NCBI GenBank assembly: GCA_026770705.1 | Contig: JANJGN010000052.1 | Location: forward strand, 372,001-436,000 | Reading direction: 5' to 3' | Length of the DNA stretch: 64,000 bases | DNA from: Isurus oxyrinchus | Taxonomy: Eukaryota | In this document: positions 1 through 12,459 of the stretch, piece after piece | Layout of the letters: every line of letters starts with the position of its first letter | Numbering within the stretch: position 1 is the first letter of the stretch | Position numbers and translations under genes: made by a program | Notes under the pieces: generated by a model | Seen by the model: the letters and a program-made list of their open reading frames with translations, nothing else | The model's database searches: none | Told to the model about the DNA's origin: nothing

Positions 1-260
1 TCCCTATCTCTGTAACCTCCTCCAGCCCCTTCAACCCTCCCTATCTCTGTAACCTCCTCCAGACCCCACAACCCTCCCTATCTCTGTAACCTCCTCCAGC
101 CCCTACACACCTCCCTATCTCTGTTACCTCCTCCAGCATCTACAACCCTCCCTATCTCTGTTACCTCCTCCAGCCCCTACAACCCTCCCTATCTCTGTAA
201 CCTCCTCCAGCCATCACAACCCTCCCTATCTCTGTAACCTCCTCCAGCCTCTACAACCCT
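1..260. repeat. 37-bp minisatellite (ccctatctctgtaacctcctccagcccctacaaccct) running into an L2-like 3' segment
   Basis: About 7 tandem units starting at 2, 39, 76 etc.; same family occurs inverted at 11.4-12.4 kb. Confidence 0.9.
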
Positions 261-606
261 CCGAGATCTCTGTGTTCCTCCAATTCCGGCCTCTTGACCA
301 TCCCCCGATTCCTATCGCTCCACCATTGGCGGCCGTGCCTTCAGCTGCCTGGGCCCCGAGCTCTAGAATTCCCACCGTAAACCTCTCCATGTCTATCTCT
401 CTCCTCATTTCAGACACTCCTTAAAATCTGGCCTCTTTCTCTGAGCTTTCAGTCCCTGTTCTGATATCTCCTTATGTATCTCGGAGAGGCGCAGGGTGAA
501 AAAAGCAGGGAGGTGATGCTAGTTATGCTAAACCACAGCAAGGAAGCTGCCCTCAGACAGAAAGTGTTTGAGTTTTAAGCAGAGACAGGGGGAGTAAAAT
601 GCTTAC

Positions 607-882
607 ATTGTACGTTCAGGTGGGTGATGTTGGAGATGCTGTTACCCATTGGGTTCCTCGCTGTGCAGTAGAAACCTGCATCATTCTCCCGTGTTACAGG
701 AGTGAAGGAGAGAGTGCGGCTACTTGTGTTTAACTGGGTGCTGGTGTTCCCCTCGATCCTGAACCAGGTGTAATGAGATATCGGTGGGACACTTTCACTG
801 GAGCAGGTTAATGTGATATTGCTTCCCTCTCTTATCCCACCTGAGGATCTGCTGATGGACACCATCGTCTCCTGTGGGGGAT
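607..882 (-). CDS. Gene A: C2-set Ig exon (DPPQETMVS...ITLTC...YTWF...FYCTARNPMG...LNVQ); gene continues beyond window start
   Basis: ccag acceptor, gtaagc donor, 276 bp, phase 1/1, canonical Ig C-W-C; CD22/sialoadhesin-like C2. Confidence 0.9.
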
Positions 883-1199
883 CTGGAACAAAGACAGAGA
901 ACAATCAGCAGGTAATCCCCACACCCCACAGCTCTCCGAAATCTCTGCGCTCCTCCAATTCTGAACTCTTGGACATTCTCCCATTCCCATCTCTCCACCA
1001 TTGGCGGCCGTGCCTTAAGCTGCCTGGACCCTAACCTCTGGAATTCCCTCCATCATTTCTCACCTCCTTCGGACAAAATCTGACCCTGAGTCACATTAGG
1101 AGATATTAGGAAAGGTGAGCAAAAGCTCGCTGAAAGCAGGAGGTTTTAACGGTGTGTCTTAATGGTTTTAAGGAGCATCTTAATGGTTGAGAAAGAGTT

Positions 1200-2420
1200 G
1201 GAGATTGTGTATCTCCCGCGCATCCCCCCTTGCAAATTCCTCTTCCTCCCAGAGCAATGTAAGGGTCCCTCCTGTCTTCACTTTTCACCCCACCAGCCTC
1301 CTCATTCAAAGGATCATTCTCCGCCATTTCCGCCAACTCCAGCATGATGCCACCACCAAACACATCTTCCCTTCACCACATCCGCCCCCCCCCACCCCCA
1401 CCCCATTGGCATTCCACAGGGATCATTCCCTCGAGGACACCCTGGTCCACTCCTCCATCACCCCTAGCACCTCAACCCTCTCCGATGACATCTTCCCATG
1501 TATTTACAGAAGGTGCAACACCTGCCCCTTTACTTCCTCCCCCCTCACTGTCCAATGACCCAAACACTCCTTCCAGGTGAAGCAGCGCTTCATGCAGACT
1601 TCCTTCAATTTAATCTACTGCATTCACTGCTCCCAATGTGGTCTCCTCTACATTGGAGACACCAAACACAGACTGGGTGATCGCTCTGATGAACACCTTC
1701 GGTCTGTCCACAAGCATGACCCAGACCTCCCTGTCGCTTGCCATTTTAACACCCCACCCTGCTCTCATGCCCACATGTCCGTCCTTGGCCTGCTGCATTG
1801 TTCCAGTGAAGCCCAACGCAAACTGGAGGAACAGCACCTCATCTTCCGACCTGGCACTTTACAGCCTTCCCGACTGAATATTGAGTTCAACACTTTCAGA
1901 TCATGAACTCTCTCCTCGATCTTCACTGCTTTTTGAACACTTTTTTATATATTCATTTTAATTGTTTTATTTGTTGACTGTTTTCCACTTATTTTTATTA
2001 TTATTATTTGAAATTCATTTCCATTTTATTGATTGTGTTAAACCGCAGATTTTAGTCTATTTTCGATCTTTATTCCCTCCACCGTCCCCTCCCCCTGCCA
2101 CACCCCCACGAGGGCCATCTGTCTCTTTCCAGAGTGCTTACCCTGGTCCGCCCATTATCACACTCTGCTTAATGTCACCATTAGCACCTCCTTTATCCAA
2201 TACCACCACTGTTAACAACCCATTGACCTTTTGTTTATGACATCTTCCACAATCTCTCCATTGCCTCCACCTATCGCTGGTTTTCTATCCAGCTCCACCT
2301 GTCCCATCGCCCCGCCTTAGACAGGATATATTTCACCACATGTCTACTTCCCTTTAGCTCTGAAGAGGAGTCTTACGGACTCCAAACGCTAACCCTGTCT
2401 TTCTCTCCACAGATGCTGCC
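1200..2420 (+). mobile_element. Penelope-like retroelement fragment (GIY-YIG endonuclease region plus 3' terminal repeat)
   Basis: NLIYCIHCSQCGLLYIGDTKHRLGDR..EH motif in ORF 1577-1906; degenerate hammerhead-like motif near 2360. Confidence 0.85.
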
Positions 2421-2422
2421 AG

Positions 2423-2720
2423 ATGCTCAGAATCAGCTGGATGGACAGAAAGACCAATGAGTGGCTTAGATCAAGAGGAGACGTTCAGCAATTAAAAGGG
2501 TTGTTCAGGACAGTTAGAGAGAGAAAGGTCGTCAAGTACGGAGATTGGAAACGAAGACCTGACAGCCTTGTCCTCACAACCATTGAAGGAGAAACTGAGA
2601 GCAAAAACAGAAAGGGAGAGGAAAAATTGGGTGTGTGGATAATGTGGACTGAGCGAGGATTGAAGAAAACTGGATTAAAAACAACACGATCCCAATGGCT
2701 CCACGGAGACCACGGAGACA
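2423..2720 (+). mobile_element. RTE-like LINE 3' fragment
   Basis: MLRISWMDRKTNEWL...LTTIEG resembles the C-terminus of RTE-clade ORFs. Confidence 0.55.
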
Positions 2721-2750
2721 ACAAACAAACAAATGTATCTCCACGCTCAC

Positions 2751-3032
2751 ATTCCACAGTGATGGTTATGAACCCCTCCACTGCTCCATGTTCATTCTCT
2801 GCCACACACAGATAGTCTCCAGTGTCCCTGGATGTAACGTGAGGAATCACCAACCACAGCTCATTGTTGGAACTTGTTCTGTTCATTGGGACATTAAGAT
2901 GTCGCCACGTCAGGTTAGAAGCTGGGAAGCTCTCGACAGAGCAGATTATCACTGCAGAATTCCCCTCAATTATGTTGATCGATGAAGCGTTAATCATATC
3001 AAGAGAAGTAATTGATGGGTTCCGTGGTGCAT
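2751..3032 (-). CDS. Gene A: C2-set Ig exon (DAPRNPSITS...IICSVESFPASNLTW...YLCVAENEHG...ITVE)
   Basis: ttag acceptor, gtgagc donor, 282 bp, phase 1/1, open frame. Confidence 0.9.
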
Positions 3033-3847
3033 CTAAATACAAATAAAGGTTTCATTGTGAGCAAACACAGTGCACAGCAAGACTCCAGGTATTATCTCTC
3101 TCCATCTGGTGTCTATGTGCATGTCAAGGCTTCTTTCTCCATTATAATTTTCTCTGTCACCATTTGTAACATTCACTGCCAGTGTGTTCCTTTTTGCATA
3201 TTCATGGGAAGTGGCTGTATCTATCTAGACCAGCATTTATTACCCATCCCTAATTGCCCTTGAGGAGGTGGTGGTGAGTTTTTCACCCCCACAGAATTCC
3301 CAGCCTCTGACCGGCTCCTGTAGCCACAGTATTTATGGCCGGTCCAGTTAGTTGTTTGGTTAACATTCCCCAGGATGTGGATTGTGGGGGATTCAGCGAT
3401 GTGAAAGTGATTGAATATCAAGGGGAGATGGTTAGATTCTCTCTTGTTGGAGATGATCACTGCCTGGTCCTTGTGTGATGTGAACATTACTTGTCATTTC
3501 TCAGCCCAAGCTGAGTGTTGTTCAGCTCTTGCTGCGTGTGGATATGTAAACTGTCACGCTGTAATTACAGCCTTCCACCAGAGGAGACACTTTTGGGCTA
3601 GAGGAAAATCACATGATCAGGATGTTCACGGAGATTTCACCATGGAGGAATTGCTTTGGAATAATGGGGTATTGGGTGATAAACCTACAATTCACTGTTC
3701 AGGAGGTTGCTCCATCCAATTCAGTGTCTTGATGATCTGGAGTTTACCTTCCTTCAACACAGAATCAGAGCTGCTACCGAGACTCGAGTGCAGCACTGAG
3801 ACAGGAGAGGGAGCTGACACGTGTGCGTGTATCTGTGTTTGTGTGTG

Positions 3848-3903
<56 letters not shown>

Positions 3904-3927
3904 CTGTTGAAGTTTGCATTAACTCAC

Positions 3928-4209
3928 ATTCCACAGTGATGGTTATGAATCCCTCCACTGCTCCATGTTCATTCTCTGCCACACACTGATAGTCTCCAGT
4001 GTCCCTGGATGTAACGTGAGGAATCACCAACCACAGCTCATTGTTGGAACTTGTTCTGTTCATTGGGACATTAAGATGTTGCCACGTCAGGTTAGAAGCT
4101 GGGAAGCTCTCGACAGAGCAGATTATCTCTGCAGAATTCCCCTCAATTATATTGATCCATGAAGCGTTAATCATATCAAGAGAAGTAATTGAGAGATTCT
4201 GTGGTGCAT
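3928..4209 (-). CDS. Gene A: C2-set Ig exon, near-identical duplicate of 2751-3032
   Basis: ttag acceptor, gtgagt donor, 282 bp, phase 1/1. Confidence 0.9.
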
Positions 4210-4479
4210 CTAAGAACAAATCAAGTGTTTAATGTGAGCAAGCACTGTGCACAGCAAGACTCCATGCATCATGTCTCTGTATCTGATGCCTGTGTGCATT
4301 TCTAGGCACCTTCCCTCAAGATAAGTTCCTATGTCACATTTACAATGGGCACTGCCTATGTAAACTGTCACACTGCAGGAGCATTCTCCCACCAGAGACC
4401 CTGCCCATCCAGATTTAAAGAAACTCCCTTTCACATCCTCAGGATGTCCCCAAGGGCTTGACAGGCAATGAATTATATT

Positions 4480-4729
4480 AAACACAGAGATAAAAACAAA
4501 GAGAACTGCGGATGCTGGAAATCCAAAACAAAAACAGAATTACCTGGAAAAACTCAGCAGGTCTGGCAGCATCGGCGGAGAAGAAAAGAGTTGACGTTTC
4601 GAGTCTTCATGACCCTTCGACAGAACTAAAGTTCTGTCGAAGGGTCATGAAGACTCGAAACGTCAACTCTTTTCTTCTCCGCCGATGCTGCCAGACTTGC
4701 TGAGTTTTTCCAGGTAATTCTGTTTTTGT
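4480..4729. mobile_element. Palindromic Penelope-derived insertion (100-bp inverted arms) with 13-bp TSD
   Basis: Arms 4528-4627 and 4630-4729; aatgaattatatt at 4467-4479 and 4730-4742; empty paralogous site near 35844. Confidence 0.85.
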
Positions 4730-5403
4730 AATGAATTATATTTAATCGATGGAGCACTGAGGGGTAAATCTACAATTCTCTGTTAAGGATTTTGCTCATC
4801 CAATTCAGGGTCTTGTTGATCTGGAGTTTACCTTCCTTCAGCACAGAATCGGAGCTGACACCGAGACTCCAGTGCAGCACTGANNNNNNNNNNNNNNNNN
4901 NNNNNNNNNNNNNNNNNNNNNNNNNNNNNNNNNNNNNNNNNNNNNNNNNNNNNNNNNNNNNNNNNNNNNNNNNNNNNNNNNNNNNNNNNNNNNNNNNNNN
5001 NNNNNNNNNNNNNNNNNNNNNNNNNNNNNNNNNNNNNNNNNNNNNNNNNNNNNNNNNNNNNNNNNNNNNNNNNNNNNNNNNNNNNNNNNNNNNNNNNNNN
5101 NNNNNNNNNNNNNNNNNNNNNNNNNNNNNNNNNNNNNNNNNNNNNNNNNNNNNNNNNNNNNNNNNNNNNNNNNNNNNTGTGCATGNNNNNNNNNNNNNNN
5201 NNNNNNNNNNNNNNNNNNNNNNNNNNNNNNNNNNNNNNNNNNNNNNNNNNNNNNNNNNNNNNNNNNNNNNNNNNNNNNNNNNNNNNNNNNNNNNNNNNNN
5301 NNNNNNNNNNNNNNNNNNNNNNNNNNNNNNNNNNNNNNNNNNNNNNNCATGTGTGTGTGTGTCTGTTGGTGCGTGTGTGGTCTGTGTAACCTGTAAACCT
5401 AAC

Positions 5404-5430
5404 CCTTCCACACTGATGGTCACGAACACC
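5404..5430 (-). pseudogene. Remnant of the 3' end of another C2 exon (FVTISVE)
   Basis: ttccacactgatggtcacgaac resembles ttccacagtgatggttatgaac of intact C2 exons; intron 4745-4880 is paralogous to 3670-3800. Confidence 0.5.
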
Positions 5431-5479
5431 CCCCACTACCAACAAATTTATCTCAGTAAGGAACATGGCACTGCCAACC

Positions 5480-6440
5480 CCGTCAATACCATCTTCTAAA
5501 CAGGGGATTGGGTAGGAATCTGGTTTTATTGCTGCATTAACCTTTCTGTAATCTATGCAGAATCTGGTTGGAAATGAAATACCTGCTCCTTTTTACCTCC
5601 CTCCCTACGATGGTATCGTTTTAACATATTGATGTGTCACAGCCGATTCTTTATTCTACAATCTGGGGTGTCTATCAAATAATTTACTTGACCAACCCTC
5701 CTAATTACCTTGTGGGGACCACTGAACCGCGCTTTCAGAGGCTCCCCCTGCCAAGGCAATGATACTAACACGTCATCCCCCTGGTTGTGATGTTCGGGTC
5801 ACAGCTTGCCTGTCTGCCCCATTCCTTCATCTCTGTTTGAGAAACTATAAGATGTTCTTGTGCCACTTTGGAGGCTCCTATGAGCCGTTCCTGAAACATG
5901 GACACATCATCTGAAATAGAGGATTCATCCCTCTGTCCGGAATATCTTTCTTTGATGTATTTCAGACAGCCTCTTATCTCGTGTCCATAAGTTATTCCAA
6001 AAAGACTAAAACCTGCCGATTCAGTTGGTGAATCTCGTGTGGGAAATACAAGAAAATCCAGTCCTTTGTCCCAGTCATGGGGAGTTCATGACAATAGCTT
6101 CAATCATTGTTTTGAGTGTTTGTTGGTCCCTCTCTAAAGATCCCTGTGTCTATGGATGATATGCTGTGGACTTTAACTGTTTTATACCCAAATTACTCAT
6201 TATGTTCGGAAAATTTTAAGACATAGAGATGGAACCTTGATCTGACTGGATCTCCAGCAGTAATCCATAATGGGTAAAAAATTGGGTTAACTTCCCTATT
6301 ACTACTTTAGCTGTAATTGTTCCTAAAGGGATGGTCTCTGGAAATCGAGTTGTCATATCCATCATAGTGAGGCCATACTGGAGTCCGGCTTTCATTTTCG
6401 ATAATGGTCTAATACAGTCCACTAATGCTCGTATCCAATG
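5480..6440 (-). mobile_element. Degenerate Gypsy-type LTR retrotransposon integrase fragment
   Basis: VDCIRPL...TTRFPETIPL...EIQSDQGS integrase core; downstream DWDKGLDFLVF-like segment. Confidence 0.8.
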
Positions 6441-6569
6441 GTAACGGACAATTAGCTCACTGGAGGAGGGGAATCCACAAATATCCCCATCCTCAATGAA
6501 GGGGGAGCCCAGCACATCAGGGCAAAAGATAAGGCTGAAGCATTTGCTACAACAATTATCCATTTCTGT

Positions 6570-8620
6570 CTGGCGTAAAAATAAATCAGGAAATGGTGCT
6601 CAACCAGGGCTTACAAAAGAAATTAGGGATAGTATTAGATCCAGAGAGGAGACATAAAATTGCCAGGGGAAGCAGCAATGCCGAGGATTGGGAGCAGTTT
6701 AGAATTCAGCAAAAGTGGACAAAAAGATTGATCAAGAAGGGGAAAATGGAACATGGGAGTAAACTTGCAGGGAACGTAAAAACCGACTGTAAAAGCTTCT
6801 ATAAATATGTGAAGAGAGGAAGATTAGCGGTGACCGATGTAGGTTCCTTGCAGTCAGAAATGGGGGAAATTCTAATGAGAAACAAAGAAATGGCAGAAGA
6901 ACTGAACATATATTTTGGTTCTGTCTTCACAAAAGAGGACACAAATAATTTCCCAGGAATGTTAGGGAACCAAGTGTCTAGTGAGAGGGAGGAATTGAAG
7001 ATAATCAGGATTAGTTTTAAAAAATGGAGCTGGAGAAATTAATGGGTTAAAGGTTGAACAGTCCCCAGGGCCTGAAAATCTACATCCCAGAGACTAACGG
7101 AAGTGACCCTGGAAATATTGGAAGCACTGGTGGTCATCCTCCAAAATTCTATAGGCTCTGGAGCAGTTCCTATAGATTGGAGGGTGGCAATTGTAACCCC
7201 ACTATTTAAAATAGAAGGGAGAGAAAAATCAGAGAATTACAGATCAGTTAGTCTAACATGGGGAAAACGCTAGAGCCTATTATATAAGGTGTGCTAACGG
7301 AACGCTTGGAAAGCATTAATGGGATTAGACAAAGTCAGCATGGGTTAATGAAAGGAAAACCATGCTTAACTAATCTACTGGAGATTTTGAGGATGTAACT
7401 TGTGGAATAGATAAGGGATAACCAGTGGATGTGGTGTTTTTAGATTTCAAGAAGGCTTTTGATAAGGTCCCACATAAGAGGCTAGTGGGCAACATTAAAG
7501 CCCATGGGATTGGGGGTAATTTACTGGCATGGATTGAGAATTGGTCGACAGACAGGAAACAGAGGGTCAGAATAAATTAGTCTTTATCTGAGTGGCAGGC
7601 GGTGACTAGTGGTGTACCACAGCGATCCGTGCTTGGGACCTAACTATTCACGATATATTTAAAGGACTTGGGTGAAGGAGCCAAGTGCAATATTTCCAGG
7701 TTTTCTGATGACACAACGCTGGGTAAGGGTGTGAGCTGTGAGGAGGATGCAAAGAGGCTTCAAGGCGATTTAGACAAGTTGTGTGTGTGGGCAAACACAT
7801 GGCAGATGATGTGGATGAATGTGACATTGTAGGCTTTGGTGTGAAAAACAGAAAGGCAGAGTATTATTTAAATGGTGATATAATGGGAAATGTGGATGTA
7901 TAAAGGGATCTGGGTGTCCTTGTGCACTAGCCAATGAAAGTAAACAGGCAGGTGCAGCAAGTAATTCGGAAGGCAAATGGTATGTTGTCCTTCATTGCAA
8001 GAGGATTTGTGTTCAGGAGTAGGGATGTCTCACTGCAGTTATACAAGGTCTTGGTGAGACTGCACATGGGGTACTACGTGCCGTTTTGGTCTCCCTCCCT
8101 AAAAAAGGATAGACTTGCCGTCGAGAGAGTGCAGAGAAGGTTCTCTAGGCTGATACCAGGGGCGGCAGGACTGTCGTATGAGGAGAATTGCTACGACTGG
8201 GTCTGTATTCACTAGAGTTTAGAAGAATGAGAGGAGACCTGAATAAACGTAAGAAATTCTAACAGAGATAGACAGACTGGATGGAGGGAGGATGCATCCC
8301 CTGGTTGGGGAGTCTAAAACCAAGGGCGACAATCTCAGGATACAGGGCAGGCCATTTTGGACGGAGATAGGGAAACATTTCTTCACTCAGAGGGTGGTCA
8401 ATCTGTGGAATTCTCCATCACAGAGGCTGTGGAGGCCGGGTCACTGAGTGTATTCAAGAAAGAAACTGATAAATATTTTGATATTAGGGTCATCAAAGGG
8501 TACGGAGAGAAAGCAGGAATAAGGCTTTGAGATAGAGGGTCAGCCTTGATCATATTGAATGGCGGAGAAGGCTTGAAGGGCTGAATGTCCTAATCCTGCT
8601 CCTAGTTTCTATGTACCTAG
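6570..8620 (+). mobile_element. Degenerate CR1 LINE (ORF2 RT plus 3' UTR)
   Basis: KSFYKYVK, LYKVLVRLHMGY..FWSP motifs; CR1-type tail ending cctgctcctagtttctatgt. Confidence 0.9.
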
Positions 8621-8986
8621 GTATCTATAGAACTATCTCTCTCCGTGTTCTATTCTCATGTGACCTTGAGTAACTGATGATAAATACTATCTATTTACAT
8701 TGTTAATATTAAACTTTTATACTACATCACCCCCAAAATCTTTGACATCAATGAAGACAATATTTATATTATCCTATATTGTCTTTTAAGTTCAACCTTG
8801 GCCCCCTCTGCCCTATCAGGTAGGCATAAACAATCCCAAGGCTCAATACAGGAAGAGCTCTCCCTGGTCAATATCACTAATAAAAAAGGACCTGTTTTGT
8901 CTTCAACCCAGTGATGTTTGTGGGATCTTGCTCTGCACATTGTAACCTATTACAGCTAATATAGAATCAAGGGTTTCAGTACTTAC

Positions 8987-9283
8987 CTTGTACAGTTAAT
9001 ACGAGGGTCCGCTCCGATGAAACAGATGGATATCTCACTCTGCAGCTGAGAGTGTGTCCGTGGTGTTTGAGTGATGGGATCAGGGTCAGAACAGAAGTAT
9101 AGGTCAGAGTGACACCATGCTGAGTTACAGTGTTTGAGACTGATCCAGGTACGTCAGTGGGAGTGTCCCAGGTTAAGACAGGTGCTGCTGTTCCATTGCA
9201 CGTTGTGTTGAAGGTGCAGCTTACATCCACACGCTTCCCTGCAATAATTTCAGCAGGGAATATCATGGGTTTATCTGTGAAAT
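8987..9283 (-). CDS. Gene A: Siglec domain-2-type C2 exon (DFTDKPMIFP...SCTFNTTCNGTAAPVLTW...HHGHTLSCRV...LTVQ)
   Basis: ttag acceptor, gtaagt donor, 297 bp, phase 1/1; extra Cys six residues after the B-strand Cys, typical of Siglec D2. Confidence 0.92.
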
Positions 9284-10096
9284 CTAACAGACAGAGAATG
9301 GATCCTTTTAGAGAAATATAACGTGAAGCATCAGTTCAAATAGAAATCACAGTCCCACAAGAAAAAGCACTTTTACAAGGATGATATCAGAACTGAGAGA
9401 TTACAACGATCAGGAGAGACTTTCCTATTTTCAGACTTAGTGGAGTTTCAGTCACTCAGATGAATTCACTTCCACTTTGAGACAATTGAATTGACAATCC
9501 CGGGTGAGGGTGGGGGATCAGCTCACAGTTCCTGACACACTGGCTTGTTACTTTCTCCGAAATCTGCCAGATTTAAATTCTATCCTGTTCCCAGCAGGAG
9601 AGAATCCATTTGAACCAATCACTGAACCGGCATTTAAAGCAGATGATCAGGTTATTGATCACATTGCTGTTTCTGGGAGCTTCCTGTGCACAAATTGGCT
9701 GCTGTGTTTCCCATATTACAACAAGGGCTACATTTCAAGAATTATTTCAATGGTTGTGAATCCATTTGCGACGTCCAGAGGTGGTGAAAGGCGCTATAGA
9801 AATGCAAATCTTTCTTTTGTTGATATGTAAGAATTTTAAACAGGATTAGGGAGATTGATGTAAGTGGATAACCTGATAACATTGATGGACACAGTCAATA
9901 CATTTAATCACTGATATTAAAGTGAGTATTAGAGGTTGTTTTAGGACTGAACTGGAAGCTATCACCAGGTTATTGAGAACCAGACAGTGTGTTATAATTA
10001 GCTGTGTTTTGTGTTAATATGTAAACGTCACAGTTTGTGTTATTTCCCATTGAGTGTTGAATGTGAATTGTTGAGTAATTATAACACAGCACTTAC

Positions 10097-10465
10097 CAGA
10101 AACGTGAAGCTGGGTTACAGGGTAATAGTTATGGCCCGGACCATTGTCAAATTCTATTCTGAAAATATAAGTTCCTGCATCTTCCCGTCTGATGTTGTTT
10201 ATAATCAGGGAACAGTCGCCATCTTTCAGGTCTCCAGACAGCCGGGTCCGATGGTGGAACCGTGGTAACTCGTGACTGTGATCCTTGGAGTGAAAGGCAA
10301 TGGGAGCCCAGGGAATCTGTTTCTCATTATTAAACCAGACTCCACCTCGCGGTTGGTTTTCCGGACACAATGGATAACTGTAATGACATGGAATCTGTAC
10401 ACACGAACCTTCCTGTGCTGTCACCTCTCGTGGACTGTCACCTTTCCACTCTTGTGAGGGTTTAT
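10097..10465 (-). CDS. Gene A: Siglec-type V-set exon V2, with the essential Arg (DAGTYIFRIE)
   Basis: ccag acceptor, gtaagt donor, 369 bp; EGSCVQIPC and GDCSL (B-E disulfide pattern), no F-strand Cys. Confidence 0.93.
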
Positions 10466-10522
10466 CTGGGGAGAGAAATCTCAATATTTAACTCTGGATG
10501 GTTTGTGGATCCACTAGACTCA

Positions 10523-11360
10523 AAATTTACAGATGAGGCTGAATTGGGGGGATGGTCAATACTGAGGAGAATGGCAACAAATTATTTTGGCAGGAAGAAT
10601 AGAAAAACAGGATATTATTTAAATGGAGACAGGCTGCAGAATGCAGTACAGAGGGATCTGGGTGTCCTTGTACATGAATCACAGAAAGTCAGCATTCAGG
10701 AACACCACGGAATGAGGAAGGCAAGTGGAATGTTGGCCTTTATTGCAAAGGGATGGGGTATAAAAGGAGGGAAGTCTTGCAGCAGCTGCACAGGGCGTTG
10801 GTGAGATTGTATCAGGAGCAGTGTGTACAGTTCTGGTCTCCTTACTTAGGGAGGGATAGAGTTGCTTTGGAGGCAGTTCAGAGGAGGTTCACTGGGCTGA
10901 TTCCTGGGATTAAAGGGTTTGTCCTGTGAGGAAATGTTGAGCAGGTTGGGCCTGTATCCATTGGAGTTTAGAAGAATGAGGGGTGACCTTATTGAAACAT
11001 ATCCGATTCCGAGGGGGCTTGACAGGGTGGATGCTGGGAGGATGTTTCCCCCTCGTGGGGGAATCTAGAACCAGGGAGCACAGTTTCGGAATGAGGGCTC
11101 TCCCATCTAAGACTGAGATGAGGAGGAATTTCCTCTCTCAGAGGGGCGCTAGCCTGTGGAATTCTCTTCCCCAGAGAGCAGTGGAGGCTGGGCCATTGAA
11201 TAGACTCAAGGCTGAGTGAGGCAGGTTTTTGATCGACAAGGGAGTCAAGGGTTTGGGGGACAGGCAGGAAAATGGAGTTAAGGCCACAACCAGATCAGTG
11301 AGAGCAGGCTCGAGGGGCCGAATGGCCTGCTCCTGTCCCTATTTCTTATGTTCCTACATT
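10523..11360 (+). mobile_element. CR1 LINE 3' fragment
   Basis: RDLGVLVHES, RRNFLSQR..LWNSLP; tail ggctcgaggggccgaatggcctgctcctg. Confidence 0.9.
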
Positions 11361-11431
11361 CTTACCTTCTTAAAATATTAAAGCTGCAGAATAAACATGC
11401 AAGTGACTGACCCGCTCGACCCACCTTCCAT

Positions 11432-12385
11432 CTGGGGCTGGAGGAGGTTACACAGATAGGGAGGTTTGTGGGGGCTGGAGGAGGTAACAGAGATAGGGAG
11501 GGCTGTAGATACTGGAGGACATTACGCAGATAGGGAGGGTGGTAGGACCTGGAGGAGGTTGCAGAGATAGGGAGGGCTATAGGGATTTGAGGAGTTTATG
11601 GAGATGGGGAACGTGTAGGGACTGGAGGAGGCTGCAAGGGCAGAGAGGGTTTTAGGGGCAGGAGGAGTTTACAGGGATAGGAAGAGTTGTAGGGGCTGGA
11701 CGGATTGCAGAGGTAGGGAGGGTTGGAAAGGCTGGTGGAGGTTTCAGAGGTAGGGAAGGCTGCAGGGACTGGAGGAGTTTACAGAGATGGGGGAGTTTTT
11801 GGGGCAGGATGGGGTTACAGAGATAGGGAGGGTTGTAGGGGCAGGACGAGGTTACATAGATATGGAGTGTGGCTGGGGCTGAGGGAGGCTACAGAGATAG
11901 GGAGGGTTATAATGGCTGGAGGAGTTACAGAGATGAAGGAAACTCTTAGGGACTGGAGGAGGTTACAGAGATAGGGAGGGTTGTAGTGGGCTGGAGGAGG
12001 TTACAGAAATATGAAGGGTTGTAAGAGATGGACCAGCTTACAGAGATAGGGAGAGGTATTCGGTCTGGAGGAGTTTGCAGAGATAGTGGAGGTTGTTAGG
12101 ACTGGAGGAGGCTACAAATATCGCGAGGGTTATCGGGGCTTGAGGAGGTTAAAGAGATAGGGAGGGGTGTTGGGTCCGGAGGAGTTTGCAGTGATAGGAA
12201 TGGTTTTCGGGATTGGAAGAGAGTACTGAGATAGGAGGGTTGTAGGGACTGGAGGAGTCTCCTGAGATAGGGAGGGTTGTAGGGACTGGAGGAGGCTCCT
12301 GAGATAGGGAGGGTTGTAGGGACTGGAGGAGGCTCCTGAGATAGAGAGGGTTGTAGGGACTGGAGGAGGCTCCTGCGATAGGGAA
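11432..12385. repeat. 37-bp G-rich minisatellite (ggctggaggaggttacagagatagggagggttgtagg)
   Basis: About 25 degenerate tandem units; reverse complement of the array at 1-260. Confidence 0.9.
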
Positions 12386-12459
12386 TGTTGCCGTGGATGA
12401 AGATAAAGGAGGAGATTACTGTAATAGGGAGGAAAAATATTCAAAAATTTGGACATTGA

